A stretch of 64,000 nucleotides of DNA from Octopus vulgaris (taxonomy: Eukaryota). The notes under the pieces were generated by a model. That model was not told the origin of the DNA, ran no database searches, and saw nothing but the letters and a program-made list of their open reading frames with translations. This document shows positions 52,131-64,000 of this stretch, in pieces. The position numbers and the translations under genes are program-made. How positions within the stretch are numbered: position 1 is the first letter of the stretch; each line of letters opens with the position of its first letter. The DNA lies in the NCBI GenBank assembly GCA_951406725.2, contig OX597817.1, positions 170,686,001-170,750,000 on the forward strand. Direction: 5' to 3'.

Positions 52131-52545
52131 TAGAAAAAATCCACCTTTTATCAATTCAAAATGAACAATTAAATTACACCATCTAGAAAATTACATATAA
52201 TAGAAATATTAAAATTAAAATAACAATAAAATGTCAATGATTAAGTAAATTGCAAAAAAATAATAAAAACATATATAATTGGTTTATACCAATTATATAC
52301 GTTTTTATTATTTTTTATTATTTTTTTGCAATTTACTTAATCATTGACATTTTATTGTTATTTTAATTTTAATATTTCTATTATATGTAATTTTCTAGAT
52401 GGTGTAATTTAATTGTTCATTTTGAATTGATAAAAGATGGGTTTTTTTCTAATTTTTTATATATATATTATATTGTGTGAAATTTGATTTAGTATTTCTA
52501 AATTGAATTTTTTCCTTGTAAGTTTGGATTTTATTCCCTCAAATA
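52127..52545. mobile_element. AT-rich fold-back element (arms ~155 bp, centre ~52283), same family as 948-1245
   Basis: Near-perfect palindrome inside (TA)n. Confidence 0.75.
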
Positions 52546-53616
52546 ATAATAATAATTATTATATATATATATATATATATGTATGTATATATATATATAT
52601 ACATACTTTATTTAAAGCAGCAGAAAATTCAACAAAATCTGTTACTCTGAGTTTCTCGTTGCCGTTCATCGTTTTTGTTAGAATGGAACCGATATATCAA
52701 TTCAATCCAGACTCTTACAAACGCTACACCTTTAAAAAATGGACTTGTTTGATTGGCCCTTTAGAAATAACGCTCAATCTTCGAGCGATAAACAAAAAAT
52801 GAGCTCAAAAATATATATGTATATATATATATATATAAAAAAATTATAAAAATTATAAAATTCAAGGAAAAACCTTACATTGAATAAAATACATATTGGC
52901 GTTAATGAAGGAAATATAATTAATACATGGAAATTAAAATGCATTATAAATAATAAATAATATTCATATTAAAGTGTACGTATATATATCAACATACACA
53001 GAAGGATGCGTGCAAACGCCATACATATACAGACGTATAAATATAAATATAAAATATACACACAGATGCATGCATACATATGTATACGCAATCTATCTCT
53101 CACGCAAGTTAAAATCATGGATGCTAATGTAGCGTTCCTTATTTACGGAGCAAAGCTTGAGGGGGATGTAAAGTTGTATGCACCAGTATCATATAGAAAA
53201 AAGCGAAAGAAAGGAAGAGAGAGAAAAAGGAACGAAGAAGGGGGAAGGAAAAAAAGAAAAAGGGAGGGGTGGGGAAAAAACGAAATAAGAAAAATTATGT
53301 ATGCTAGCATGGAGAAAGGACGTTAAACGATGATGATGATGATGATGATGATATATATATATATCATTACCAGTTTTGTATTATTTTACTGTTATTAGAT
53401 TGAATTAAATGAATTTAAATGCCATAGTCATGACCGAAGGGAGTCTCTCATATTGTGCACTCTCTCACAAGTAGTCATATTGTGTTATGCTAAAAAGTGG
53501 TGCATGGTACCAGAATTTATGACTCGAGTTAAATATGATGAACCATTGCAAATTGTTAAAGTATCCACATAAGTGGAATTAAGACCTGCTAGTTTGAATT
53601 GACATTCAGTCGTATT

Positions 53617-53909
53617 AGTTGTAATAATGAAGTCAAGACAAAAAGTGATATCTTCAAATCACTTCATATTTACATTTCAGGTTTGTGTAATAACTGTTAG
53701 GAAATGTATCCATTACATAAATCTTCCTCAGTTAAAGCATTTTAATAAATGTAGAATATATCCCATCAATTTCTTCAAATTTTTGAAATCCTTTAACTGA
53801 GGAAGGTTTACGTAATGGGAGCATTTCTTATATATTACACAAACCTGAAACGTACATACTAAATGACTTGAAAATAACATTATCTGGTTTGACTTCATTC
53901 TTACAACTA
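53617..53909 (+). mobile_element. Old inverted pLTR pair with hammerhead motif 53793-53862
   Basis: Arms 53617-53735 / 53791-53909. Motif ttaa-CTGAGGA-AGGTTT..AAACCT-GAAAC-GTAC-ATA-ctaa. Confidence 0.65.
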
Positions 53910-54391
53910 CATATATATATATATATATATATATAAGAAAAATAATAAGAAAGAGTTGAATGTATATATATTTGAATATAACAAACTTATTTTTTGACAT
54001 TGGAGGTAAATATTTCTTTTATCTTTACTGATAAAAATAAAGATACAAAACTATTTTTTCACATAAAAAATATTTTCATATAAAAATTTTAGTGTAAAAA
54101 TATTAAAATATTAGTGTATATTTTCACAAGGTGAAGTTTACACAAAGAATAAAGAGAGAGAGAGAGAGAGAGAGAAAGTGAATAACTGAATGACTGAAAT
54201 GTTTTCATATAGAAAAAATGTTTCATGTGTATATGTGTATGTGTGTGTGCGTGTGTATGTGTATGTTTATATACATGTGTATGTGTGTATATATATATGT
54301 GTATGTGTATATATGTATATATATATGTGTATGTATATATATGTATATATGTATATATATCTATATATCTATATATCTATCTATCTATCTA

Positions 54392-54454
<63 letters not shown>

Positions 54455-54513
54455 ATATGTGTGTGTGTGTGTGTGTTTGTTTGTGTATGTATATGTATGT
54501 ATGTACATATATA

Positions 54514-54870
54514 CAGGTTGTTCCAAAATAAGGCAACCAACTTTTTTCAATTTTGCCAAAGCAAAATGTTGGTATATTTCAGGGTCCAAGCATTGCAATG
54601 CAATGGTAAAAGAAACACAATTATGACACTACCACATTTATTCAATATGACCACCTTTATTTCGAATCACAGCCTTAAGTCTAGGTGAGAATACTTCACA
54701 CATAGCACACAACTGTTCTTGTAGAATTGAAGCTCATTTCTGGCACAGTTTTGCATTTAGATTGTCAAACAAAGCATGAGGAATACCCAAGACCCACGTC
54801 TCTAGAAATGAACCAAACTGAAAAATCCAATGGGTTGAGGTCAGAGCTTTTTGTAGATAAGGCCAAAGAG
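54514..54870 (-). mobile_element. Tc1/mariner 3' fragment
   Basis: TA|caggttgttccaaaataagg terminus and frameshifted WP..SDLNPLDFSVW coding. Confidence 0.7.
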
Positions 54871-55632
54871 ATCTTGATAAATCATTTATCAAGATATCCT
54901 TGACCTGAAGAGTAACCTGCGGTATACACATCACTTGGATATTTACCACTTCTGAGGTTCCACTGGCTACGAAACATATGTTGCCCGGATTTTATCTACT
55001 CCATTCCTTAACTCTTGTACCCTTATTCACATACCCAGCAACTCTGGTTGCCTACCATGAAATATAAAAAGAATCTTTTTTCCGTTTATCGTACTTTGAT
55101 AAGAAAGAAATCCACAACCTTCTGTCTCAATAAGCCATATTGTCATCATATTGTCTCTGAAAGTTGTTTTTTGTATTTAATACATATTGCTTGAAGCTAA
55201 CTTTCTTCCTACACCTTGATCCTTGGATCTTATATATATATATCATCATCATCATCATCATCCTCATCATCATTGTTTAACGTCCGTTTTCCATACTAGC
55301 ATGGGTTGGACGGTTTGACCGGGGTCTGGGAAGCCAGGAGGCTGCACTATGCTGATCTGGCAATGTTTCTACAGCTGGATGCCCTTCCTAACGCCAACCA
55401 CTCCGTGAGTGTAGTGGGTGCTTTTTACATACACACACATGCATAAATATCCAAGCAAGGTGTACACTGCAGGCTACTCTTCAGGTGAAGGATATCTTGA
55501 TAAATGATTTATCAAAATATGCTTGACTTGAAGAGTAGTCAGTAGTACACATCCTGCTTGGATATCTACCACATCTGAGGTTTTTCTTGCTATGAAACAT
55601 ATGTAGCCCAGATCTTATCTACTCCAGTCCTT
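54870..55632 (+). mobile_element. Two direct copies plus an inverted partial copy of a hammerhead-bearing pLTR-like unit
   Basis: CTGAAGA-GTAACC..GGCTAC-GAAAC-ATAT-GTT at 54905-54982; second copy 55524-55609; palindrome 55444-55568. A family C SINE lies between them. Confidence 0.6.
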
Positions 55633-55669
55633 GTGGTTGATGCCAGTGTTGCATAACTGGCCTATTTAA

Positions 55670-55890
55670 CCCTTTTGTTACTGTATTCATTTTGAGAGGC
55701 TCTGTGTTTCTTTCAATTACTTTAAATATAACAAAGAATTTATTAAAATAACTTAGTTATCATTCAGCTAGTTTTAGGAACATAAATTGTGACTAAGGTT
55801 TGGTGGAAGATTTTAATTCAGAACTTTTGAAAACAAGACATTTGTACTACAGAGCCAGAGCCAGTTTTGGCCGGGTTGGTAACGAAAGGG
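55670..55890. mobile_element. piggyBac-type MITE, copy 1
   Basis: TTAA|CCCTTTTGTTAC ... GTAACGAAAGGG|TTAA. Confidence 0.88.
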
Positions 55891-55921
55891 TTAAGAATTG
55901 TTTCTCTATTATATATTTTAA

Positions 55922-56140
55922 CCCTTTTGTTACCATATTCTGTTGAGATACTCTGTGTTTCTTTCTATTACTTTAAATATAACAAAGAATTTAGTAAAAT
56001 AACTTAGTTATCATCAAGCTAGTTTTAGGAACATAAATTGTGACTAAAGTTTGGTGGAAGATTTTAATTCAAAACTTATGAAAACCAGACATTTGTACTC
56101 AGAGCCAGAGCCAGTTTCAGCTGGGTTGGTAATGAAAGGG
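55922..56140. mobile_element. piggyBac-type MITE, copy 2
   Basis: TTAA|CCCTTTTGTTACC ... GGTAATGAAAGGG|TTAA. Confidence 0.88.
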
Positions 56141-56992
56141 TTAAAGCACCCTTCAATCATTGGGCGATATGCTGTACTTGTGAAGACCTGCTGAACTGAG
56201 TGAAATCATAGTCATGGCTGATGCCAATGCCGTCTGACTGGCACCAATACCAGTGGCATGTATAAAGCACCATTTGAGCAATGGGCCTCATGGAGGCAGT
56301 GAAAGGTTAACCTGTTAAGCCAAGTGAAAACACATGGCTATGGTTCTCCTTCACTACTCCTTCTCATGATCAGGGATGCATATATTGTCAGCGGTTAAGG
56401 TCAGGCAACTGACAAGCAAATCTGTGGTATTGAGCAGAATATTTGTTATGGCAATATTTCTGTTTCAGCAACTTAGAGCTGAATTGGTCTGAAGTGTTAT
56501 GGAAAGTAGGTCAGTTTCAAAGCATTGATGTTAATGTTGCAAAAGCAAAGTTTGAAGGGGATAGTAGCCGTTTCCTTTGATTTTTAGATGGAAGCAAATA
56601 GGAAATAACACTTACTGACCAAAAACAACAAAAAATAAAAATTCTGTCACACAGTGTAATAAATTACATTTAAATGCTTGCTTGGTGTTGTCTAGTTATT
56701 ATACACAGCTTTCAGCAAACTAACCAACAATTCATTCCAGCAATATTGGCACACACACAGCCAGGCAACACAAGCAATGAGACAGAAAATAATCAGTCAA
56801 TCTGCTTGAAATAGCAGCCAAATCTCCCTCAACTCATACATTGCTGTTTAAAAAAACAGGAATCTCAACTTAAGATATAATGATTCTAGTTGCAGTTTAT
56901 CTTACTAAGACAGGATGGTCATCACCGGAGCATATTTAGTTATTGGTTTGCTAGAACAGGGCCGACCAGGGACTAAATAACAATAACAGCAA

Positions 56993-57266
56993 CATTATTT
57001 ACATTCGACAGATATTCGTCCTCATACTGTTTGTTGTTTACACCCTTTTAACGTTTCGGCTGATATACCCTCCAGCCTTCTTCAGGTGTCTTGGGGAAAT
57101 TTCGAACCCGGGTTCTCATTCCTAAGACGACATTCTTGTTATCGTCATCGTCATCATTGTTGTCATCATCTTCGTCATCGTCATCATTATCATCATCGTC
57201 GTCATCATCGTCATCATCGTCTTCGTCATCATCGTCATCATCATCGTCATCGTCGTCATCATCGCC

Positions 57267-57298
<32 letters not shown>

Positions 57299-57535
57299 CA
57301 CCATCATCACCATCACCATCATCATCATCATCATCATCATCATCACCATCATCACCATTGCTTGGAATCAAACTCGGAATCTTGGGGTTAGTAGCCCGTG
57401 CTCTTAACCACTACGCCATATGCCTGTGGGCAATTATGGAGTGAATTTTAGGGCTTATAAATCTAATATTTTTCTATCCTTCCTTAATACCAGTTCCCAT
57501 ATGCTGCTCATATCTGCACTTGGTCTTCTTAAACG
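56993..57535 (-). mobile_element. Element with tRNA-like Pol III head, internal (GAT/GAC)n and hammerhead (57040-57090)
   Basis: A-box TGGCGTAGTGG and B-box GTTTGATTCC (57424-57360), then acac-CTGAAGA-AGGCTG gagggtatat CAGCC-GAAAC-GTT-(aaaagg)-gtgt. Confidence 0.65.
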
Positions 57536-57986
57536 ATTGTTCTTAAATATAGAACAATAACAACAACAGTATAATATCTGAGCCAATAAAGGAGACTCTG
57601 CAACTTGCTAGGAATAGCTGTCAAATTCCCTCAAATCCCTTAATACTCTCTTTAAAAAAGTATACATTTGGATGACATAATCCAAATGATATAAAAGAGA
57701 TAGGAAGGGCATAGATTTGCTCAAACAGCATCCCTATTGATAACCATGGGGTCAGAAGTTGATCAATATTCTAATCACGCAGCTATTACACTTCATTATA
57801 TTTGACAATTATTCAAAAAAAAATATCTGCATCCTTGGCACCACCCAGCTGTCACCATCAACATCACTTTCATCATCATCATCATCATCATCATCATCGG
57901 AACCATTGTCATGTTTTCCATCATCATCATTATCATCATCAACTCATCATCATCATCATCATCATCGGAACCATTGTCATCTTTGC

Positions 57987-58024
<38 letters not shown>

Positions 58025-58055
58025 ACTCATCATCAACATCATCATTGTTATCGTC

Positions 58056-58087
<32 letters not shown>

Positions 58088-58382
58088 AGTCATCGACATA
58101 ATTTTCATCAAACCAACACCAACACCACCACCACCACCACAAACAAAGGCACTCATGTCAACACCACTGCCACGAAGACAACCACCAATATTGTCAGCAT
58201 TGCCATTATTGTTGTCCTCATCATCATCATCATCATCATCGGAAACATCTTCATCATCATTATTACTCTTAATGTTTACCATTAAAATTTCCATTCTCGC
58301 AGACAATTCTCAGATATCATCAAAACCAGTTAAACAATATTAGACATTAGTTTCAGTGCCAGAGGTGCCTCTGTGTGTGTGT

Positions 58383-58428
<46 letters not shown>

Positions 58429-58920
58429 TTGTGTGTTTACAAGCCTGTATGTGTGTGCATGTGCGTACATGCACGTGTGTGTATGTGTCTGTGCATCTGT
58501 GTTTACATGCGTGTGTGGTGTGGTGTGGTGTGGCTTGGTGTGGTAGTGGTGGTGGTGTGTGTGTGTGTGTGTGTGCATGTCTGAAAAGGAAAACCATTTT
58601 AATTGAGAAGTTATGAAATAACACAAACTCAGTTTTTCTTTTTTTATATGTAACAACATTAATGGTCGTCTAAAGTAGAGAGTTATGGGTTGGTACATCA
58701 TGTCGGTTGAATGGCTTTCTCCTGGCTTCTTCTCTATAAAGAATGTCTGGGAGAACTTTTGTTAAAGTCAAGTAAATATAAAGATTGTCTAAAAAAAAAA
58801 TATAAACTAATAGTTGTTGTTCATGTACCTTGCTTCATGTACCTTGCTTTCATGTACCTGGTGGCATGTACCTTGCTTTAACTCATTGTTTTCGGTGCCC
58901 TACATAGTCATGAGCAAACG

Positions 58921-59893
58921 TATGAGGCTATATAAAAAAAAAGTTCCCAGACTAGTTCTGTAGCATGCCAACAGATGGCAGCACATAGTTATCTGAACAG
59001 TGAAAGCTAGCAGTGGCCTTCATGAGGCGATGTGCTGAGTGACATCACTGTTTACTTCACAAATTCTGAAATTTGTGTTTTCGTAATCATGTGTATGCTG
59101 TAGTCTGTGATTTGGTCTTGGACAAAGAACTGGATTCTTCGCCAAGCTCTCCTCACTTGTGGTATTACTCGTGGTATTACTTCGTGGTATTAAGGTGGTG
59201 AGCTGGCAGAATCGTTAGCACGTCGGGTGAAATGCTTAGCGGTATTTCGTCTACCTCTACGTTCTGAGTTCAAATTCCGCCGAGGTCGACTTTGCCTTTC
59301 ATCCTTTCGGGGTCGATTAAATAAGTACCAGTTACGCACTGGGGTCAATATAATCGACTTAATCCGTTTGTCTGTCCTTGTTTGTCCTCCCTGTGTTTAG
59401 CCCCTCGTGGGTAGTAAAGAAATAGGTATTTCGTCTGCTGTTACATTCTGAGTTCAAATTCCACTGAGGTCGACTTTGCCTTTCATCCTTTCGGGGTCGA
59501 TAAATAAGTACCAGTTACGCACTGGGGTCAATATAATCGACTTAATCCGTTTGTCTGTTCTTGTTTGTCCTCTCTGTGTTTAGCCCCTTGTGGGTAGTAA
59601 AGAAACAGGTATTACTTCTGCATCTGCCCTATATGCCAGATTTAGCACCTTTAGACTTCCATCTTTTTCTCAAGATGAAAAGACAGCTCAAAGGTTACCA
59701 TTTTAACACTCTTTTTGAGATCCAGATCAAATCACAGAAGGTTCTTGACTGGATTCCAAAAGGGGCAGGAATGCTAGGACCAGGGCATTGCTGCACAAGG
59801 TGACTATTTCGAAGGAATTGATGTTAAAAATTAGGTAAATAAGTTATTTTTTATTAAGCATAACTAGTCTTGGAACCTTTTGATACAACCTCA
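58921..59893 (+). mobile_element. Internally deleted mariner interrupted by a SINE B dimer
   Basis: TIRs tatgaggctatat..aaagttcccagactagt / actagtcttggaaccttttgatacaacctcata, and HLPYMPDLAPLDFHLFLKMKRQLKG. Confidence 0.85.
59194..59612 (+). mobile_element. SINE family B with duplicated 184-bp unit
   Basis: Units start at 59241 and 59425. Confidence 0.9.
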
Positions 59894-60016
59894 TAGATAC
59901 CATCATGGGTATCCCACCCTTGTCTTAGCAGAATATTGAGGAGAGGTGCAGGTGTGACTGTGTGGTGGTGTCATAAGAAACTTACTTCTCAACCACATGG
60001 TTCTGGGTTCAGTCCC

Positions 60017-60236
60017 ACTCTTTTACTTGTTTCAGTCATTTGACTGCAGCCATGCTGGAGCACTGCCTTCAGTCAAGCAAATCGACCCCGGGACTTATTC
60101 TTTGTAAGCTCAGTACTTATTCTATCGGTCTCTTTTGCCGAACCGCTAAGTTACAGGGACGTAAACACACCAGCATCGGTTGTCAAGCAATGCTAGGGGG
60201 ACAAACACAGACACACAAACACAAACACACACACAT

Positions 60237-60269
<33 letters not shown>

Positions 60270-60441
60270 CATATATACGACAGGCTTCTTTCAGTTTCCG
60301 TCGACCAAATCCACTCACAAGGCATTGGCTGGCCCAGGGCTATAGCAGAAGACACTCGCCCAAGATGCCACGCAGTGGGACTGAACCCGGAACCATGTGG
60401 TTGATTAGCAAGCTACTTACCACACAGCCACTCCTGTGCCT
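60017..60441 (-). mobile_element. SINE family A
   Basis: Full-length match. Confidence 0.9.
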
Positions 60442-60587
60442 ACCTGTGTAGTATCTTGAGCAAGTATCTTCTACAAGAGTCCTGGGTTGACCAAAGCTTT
60501 GTGAGAGGATTTGGTAGACAGAAACTAAAAGAAGCCCATCATACATACATACACATTTATGTATATATATATATATATGTATGTATG

Positions 60588-60621
<34 letters not shown>

Positions 60622-60663
60622 TGTATGTATGTATGCATGTATGTGTGTATATGTATATATACA

Positions 60664-60706
<43 letters not shown>

Positions 60707-60708
<2 letters not shown>

Positions 60709-60997
60709 TCATCATCATCATCATCATTGTTTAACGTCCGTTCTCCATGCTAGCATGTTGGACGGTTCGACCGGGGATCTGGGAAGCCAGAAGGCTGCAC
60801 CAGGCTCCAGTCTTATCTGGCAATGTTTCTACAGCTGGATGCCCTTCCTAACGCCAACCACTCCGTGAGTGTAGTGGGTATGCCACCTGCCAGGTGCCAG
60901 GTGAGGCTGGCAACGGCCACGGTCGGATTGGTGTATTTTACGTGCCACCGGCACGGAAGCCAGTAGGCAGCTGGCAGCGGCCACGAGTCGGATAGTG

Positions 60998-61002
<5 letters not shown>
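60707..61002 (-). mobile_element. SINE-like family C
   Basis: Tail and internal units. Confidence 0.85.
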
Positions 61003-61047
<45 letters not shown>

Positions 61048-61050
<3 letters not shown>

Positions 61051-61405
61051 TTAATAGGAGGAGGAAGAGACTCCCTTTAGTGATGAACGACCATGGAATT
61101 GCACCTAGAAAGTTACCCCCCTCCCAGACACAAGTCTGGGCAAGGTTGTTTGTGGAAGGCCAGCAGTTGCCCATGCATACCAGCCTCTCCTCTCCACACC
61201 ACTGATGTTATCCAAGGGAAAGGAAAAGGGGCCGATACAGCTTGGCACCAATGATGTCGCAACTCATTTCTACAGCTGAGTGAACTGGAGCAACATGAAA
61301 TAAAGTGTCTTGCTCAAGAACACAGCACGCAGCCCGGTCCGGGAATCGAACTCACAACCTCACGATCGTTAGCTTGATGCTCTAACCACTGAGCCATGCA
61401 CCTTC
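61048..61405 (-). mobile_element. tRNA-derived SINE, family E
   Basis: Minus-strand head tggctcagtgg..gttcgattccc; homologous to 13592-13895. Confidence 0.8.
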
Positions 61406-61442
61406 ACATTATATATATATATGCACCTTCACATTAAATTAA

Positions 61443-61498
<56 letters not shown>

Positions 61499-61695
61499 TT
61501 AATTTGATATATAAATTGCTTATTTCCATGCTGACTACCTGATAATTATCATTAATGTGATTTTTACCCTTATTTTATGAATATATTTATAAATTTATAT
61601 AAATATGGATAAGATCATTAAATTAAATATCGATCTAATCAAGTGGCCAGCATGGGAAGAAAAACCTTCAAAGGTAATAATTATTATTAAAATTA

Positions 61696-61871
61696 TAATT
61701 TAGGGTATCTAAGAGATACCACCACGCTGGAAATAGCAGCCAAAATTTGCTTCTAAAACCACATAAAATGTTCATATAGCTCCTGGTACTGTATGAACAT
61801 TTAATGTGGTTTTAGAGTCAAATTTTGGCTGGTATTTCCAGCATGGTGGTATGTCTTAAATACTCTAAATA

Positions 61872-61873
<2 letters not shown>
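61696..61873. repeat. Fold-back palindrome (~85-bp arms) next to (TA)n
   Basis: ataccaccacgctggaaatagcagccaaaatttg..aaatgttcata / tatgaacattt..caaattttggctggtatttccagcatggtggtat. Confidence 0.85.
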
Positions 61874-61915
<42 letters not shown>

Positions 61916-62589
61916 ACACACACACACACACACACATATATATGTATATATACACACTACATACACACATATATATATACATATACATATTGAAAAAATT
62001 CGTTATAGGTATAAAGACACCATAAACAAGTATAAAAATAGAGAAAAGATGTTAAAATCAAGATTGGATTTAATACATATGAACGTTTCAAAAGGCAATA
62101 CAAATATGTAAGAAAAAAAAAATAATAATAATAATTATAATTAAAGTTATGTATTGTCATTACCATCAGTGTGAAGAATTTCAGGAAGAACATCCAAAAA
62201 GTAATTAATAAAAGTCAATAAGGAAAAACAGATAGGGTAATAGGGAAAAGTCAACCGGATATATATATAGATTTCGATCTGTTTTGACCAAAGATTGGTC
62301 CAGGCCATGTCTAACTTAATAGCACCACCTGATAGGATTACCTAAATCCTTTTTAAGTCAAGTTTTGTGGTATCATGGTCCATTCAAGTAGTGAGTTATT
62401 GTTGAGTGAGTTGTATCTAGGTATAGGTGGCTTATCTGGCTGTAGAAAAAGTCAGCCTCATCAAAATCCATCTAACCCATGCAAGCATGAAAAAGTGGCT
62501 AAGTGATGATGATGACGACAACAACGACGCCGATGACATCGATGAGGAGGATGAGGAACTGTTTAAAATTATTGAAATTTTCTAGCATA

Positions 62590-63003
62590 GGCGCAGGAGT
62601 TGCTGTGTAGTAAGTAGCTTGCTAACCAACCACATGGTTCCGGGTTCAGTCACACTGCATGGCATCTTGGGCAAGTGTCTTCAGCTATAGCCCCGGGCCA
62701 ACCAATGCCTTGTGAGTGGATTTGGTAGACGGGAACTGAAAGAAGCCTGTCGTATATATATGTATATATGTGAGTGTGTATGTGTGTGTATGTTTGTGTG
62801 TCTGTGTTTGTCCCCCTAGCATTGCTTGACAACCGATGCTGGTGTGTTTACGTCCCCGTCACTTAGCGGTTCGGCAAAAGAGACCGATAGAATAAGTACT
62901 GGGCTTACAAAGAATAAGTCCCGGGGTCGATTTGCTCGACTAAAGGCGGTGCTCCAGCATGGCCGCAGTCAAATGACTGAAACAATAAAAGAGTAAAAGA
63001 GTA
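62590..63003 (+). mobile_element. SINE family A
   Basis: Full-length, well-conserved copy. Confidence 0.92.
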
Positions 63004-63376
63004 GTTGGGTAAACAGTCAAGTATACCATGAAATATTTAGGTGTATGGAGAGGGAGATGAAAATCTGAGTATATGGCTGGAAGCCTAACTGGGTGTATAA
63101 TTGAAAGAATGGCTTTGAGATACAAAGTCAAGTGCTTTGGTAATTCTGTGAACTTGCTGCCAACAAAACTAATAAGGCAAAATAAATTCTTTTTAAATTG
63201 GATAACAAATCGAGGTGTTAAAAGTCACCATAGTTGTATCAAAGGCCAGAATTGTAAGAAGGTAGGACAACAAGATTGTAGAACACTTGGGAAAAAGAAT
63301 AGTAAAATACAAAGTGGTATCAAAAAGTTCCAGAACTAGTTACGTTTAATAAAAAATAACTTATCCGAACGTAGGT

Positions 63377-63972
63377 TGTGACTGGCCCACTTATGAGTAC
63401 CCCTCATTCATTGGACAATGAACTTTGCTTGCAAGGACCTACTGAGGCAAATGTAAACAAATCAAAATCGCTGATGTGGCCGATGACAGTACCACCTGAT
63501 TGGCACTCGTGCCAGTGGGACATTAAACGCATATCCGAGCAAGATCGTTGCCAGGGCCACGGATTGGCTCCTGTGCCAGTGACACGTGAAAAGCACCATT
63601 TGAGCATGATGTTTCCAGCGTCACCTTATCAGCACATGTGCCAGTGGCACATGAAAAACAACATTTGAGCATGGAGATTGCCAGTGCCGCCAGACTGGCT
63701 CCCTTGCAGGTAGCATGTAAAAACACCTTTTGAGGTTGGTTGTTGCCAGAACAGCCTGACCGACCATTGTGCCTGTGGCACGTAAAAAGCACCCACTACA
63801 CTCTCAAAGTGGTTGCCGTTAGGAAGGGCATTCAGCTGTAGAAACTTTGCCAGATCAGACTGAGCCTGGTGCAGCCTCTGGCTCACCAGTCCTCAGTCAA
63901 ACCGTCCAACCCATGCCAGCTTGGAAAGCGGATGTTAAACAACGATGATGTTGATGATGATGATGATGATGA
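63377..63972 (+). mobile_element. SINE-like family C, long copy
   Basis: Five or more internal units, the ggaagggcattcagctgtagaaac motif and a GAT tail. Confidence 0.85.
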
Positions 63973-64000
63973 ACTTATTTACTTAACTTTTAATAGCATC

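Noticed and set aside
56469-56580. Plus-strand 36-codon frame after tttctgtttcag
   Set aside because: It is short and unsupported, with no recognisable protein, and within chance expectation.
57360-57424. Functional tRNA gene (also the heads at 9391, 16741, 20898 and 61405)
   Set aside because: A and B boxes are present, but acceptor and T stems do not close and there is no poly-T terminator. These are retroposon heads.

Overview
This is eukaryotic, AT-rich and extremely repeat-dense DNA. The SINE families and microsatellite load match my recollection of coleoid cephalopod (Octopus-like) genomes; this was not database-checked. Almost the whole window is intronic or intergenic. It holds several tRNA-derived SINE families, RTE, CR1-like and R4/Dong LINE relics, Tc1/mariner (including DD37D), hAT, piggyBac-MITE and Helentron-type relics, and long simple repeats. 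Nearly all ORFs in the supplied track are microsatellite or SINE artefacts. Only one credible host coding exon was found: a 54-codon terminal exon on the minus strand (11027-10863), absent from the ORF track, with an unidentified product. The most striking hidden layer is about a dozen minimal type-I hammerhead ribozyme motifs from several unrelated short Penelope-like (PLE) elements. Most sit inside (TA)n tracts, and many form fold-back palindromes. One PLE relic has an in-frame TGA at the first Cys of its endonuclease CxxC motif, the signature of selenoprotein-encoding Naiad elements. Another joins a tRNA-like Pol III head to a hammerhead. Coordinates were read by eye and element edges may be off by several bases.
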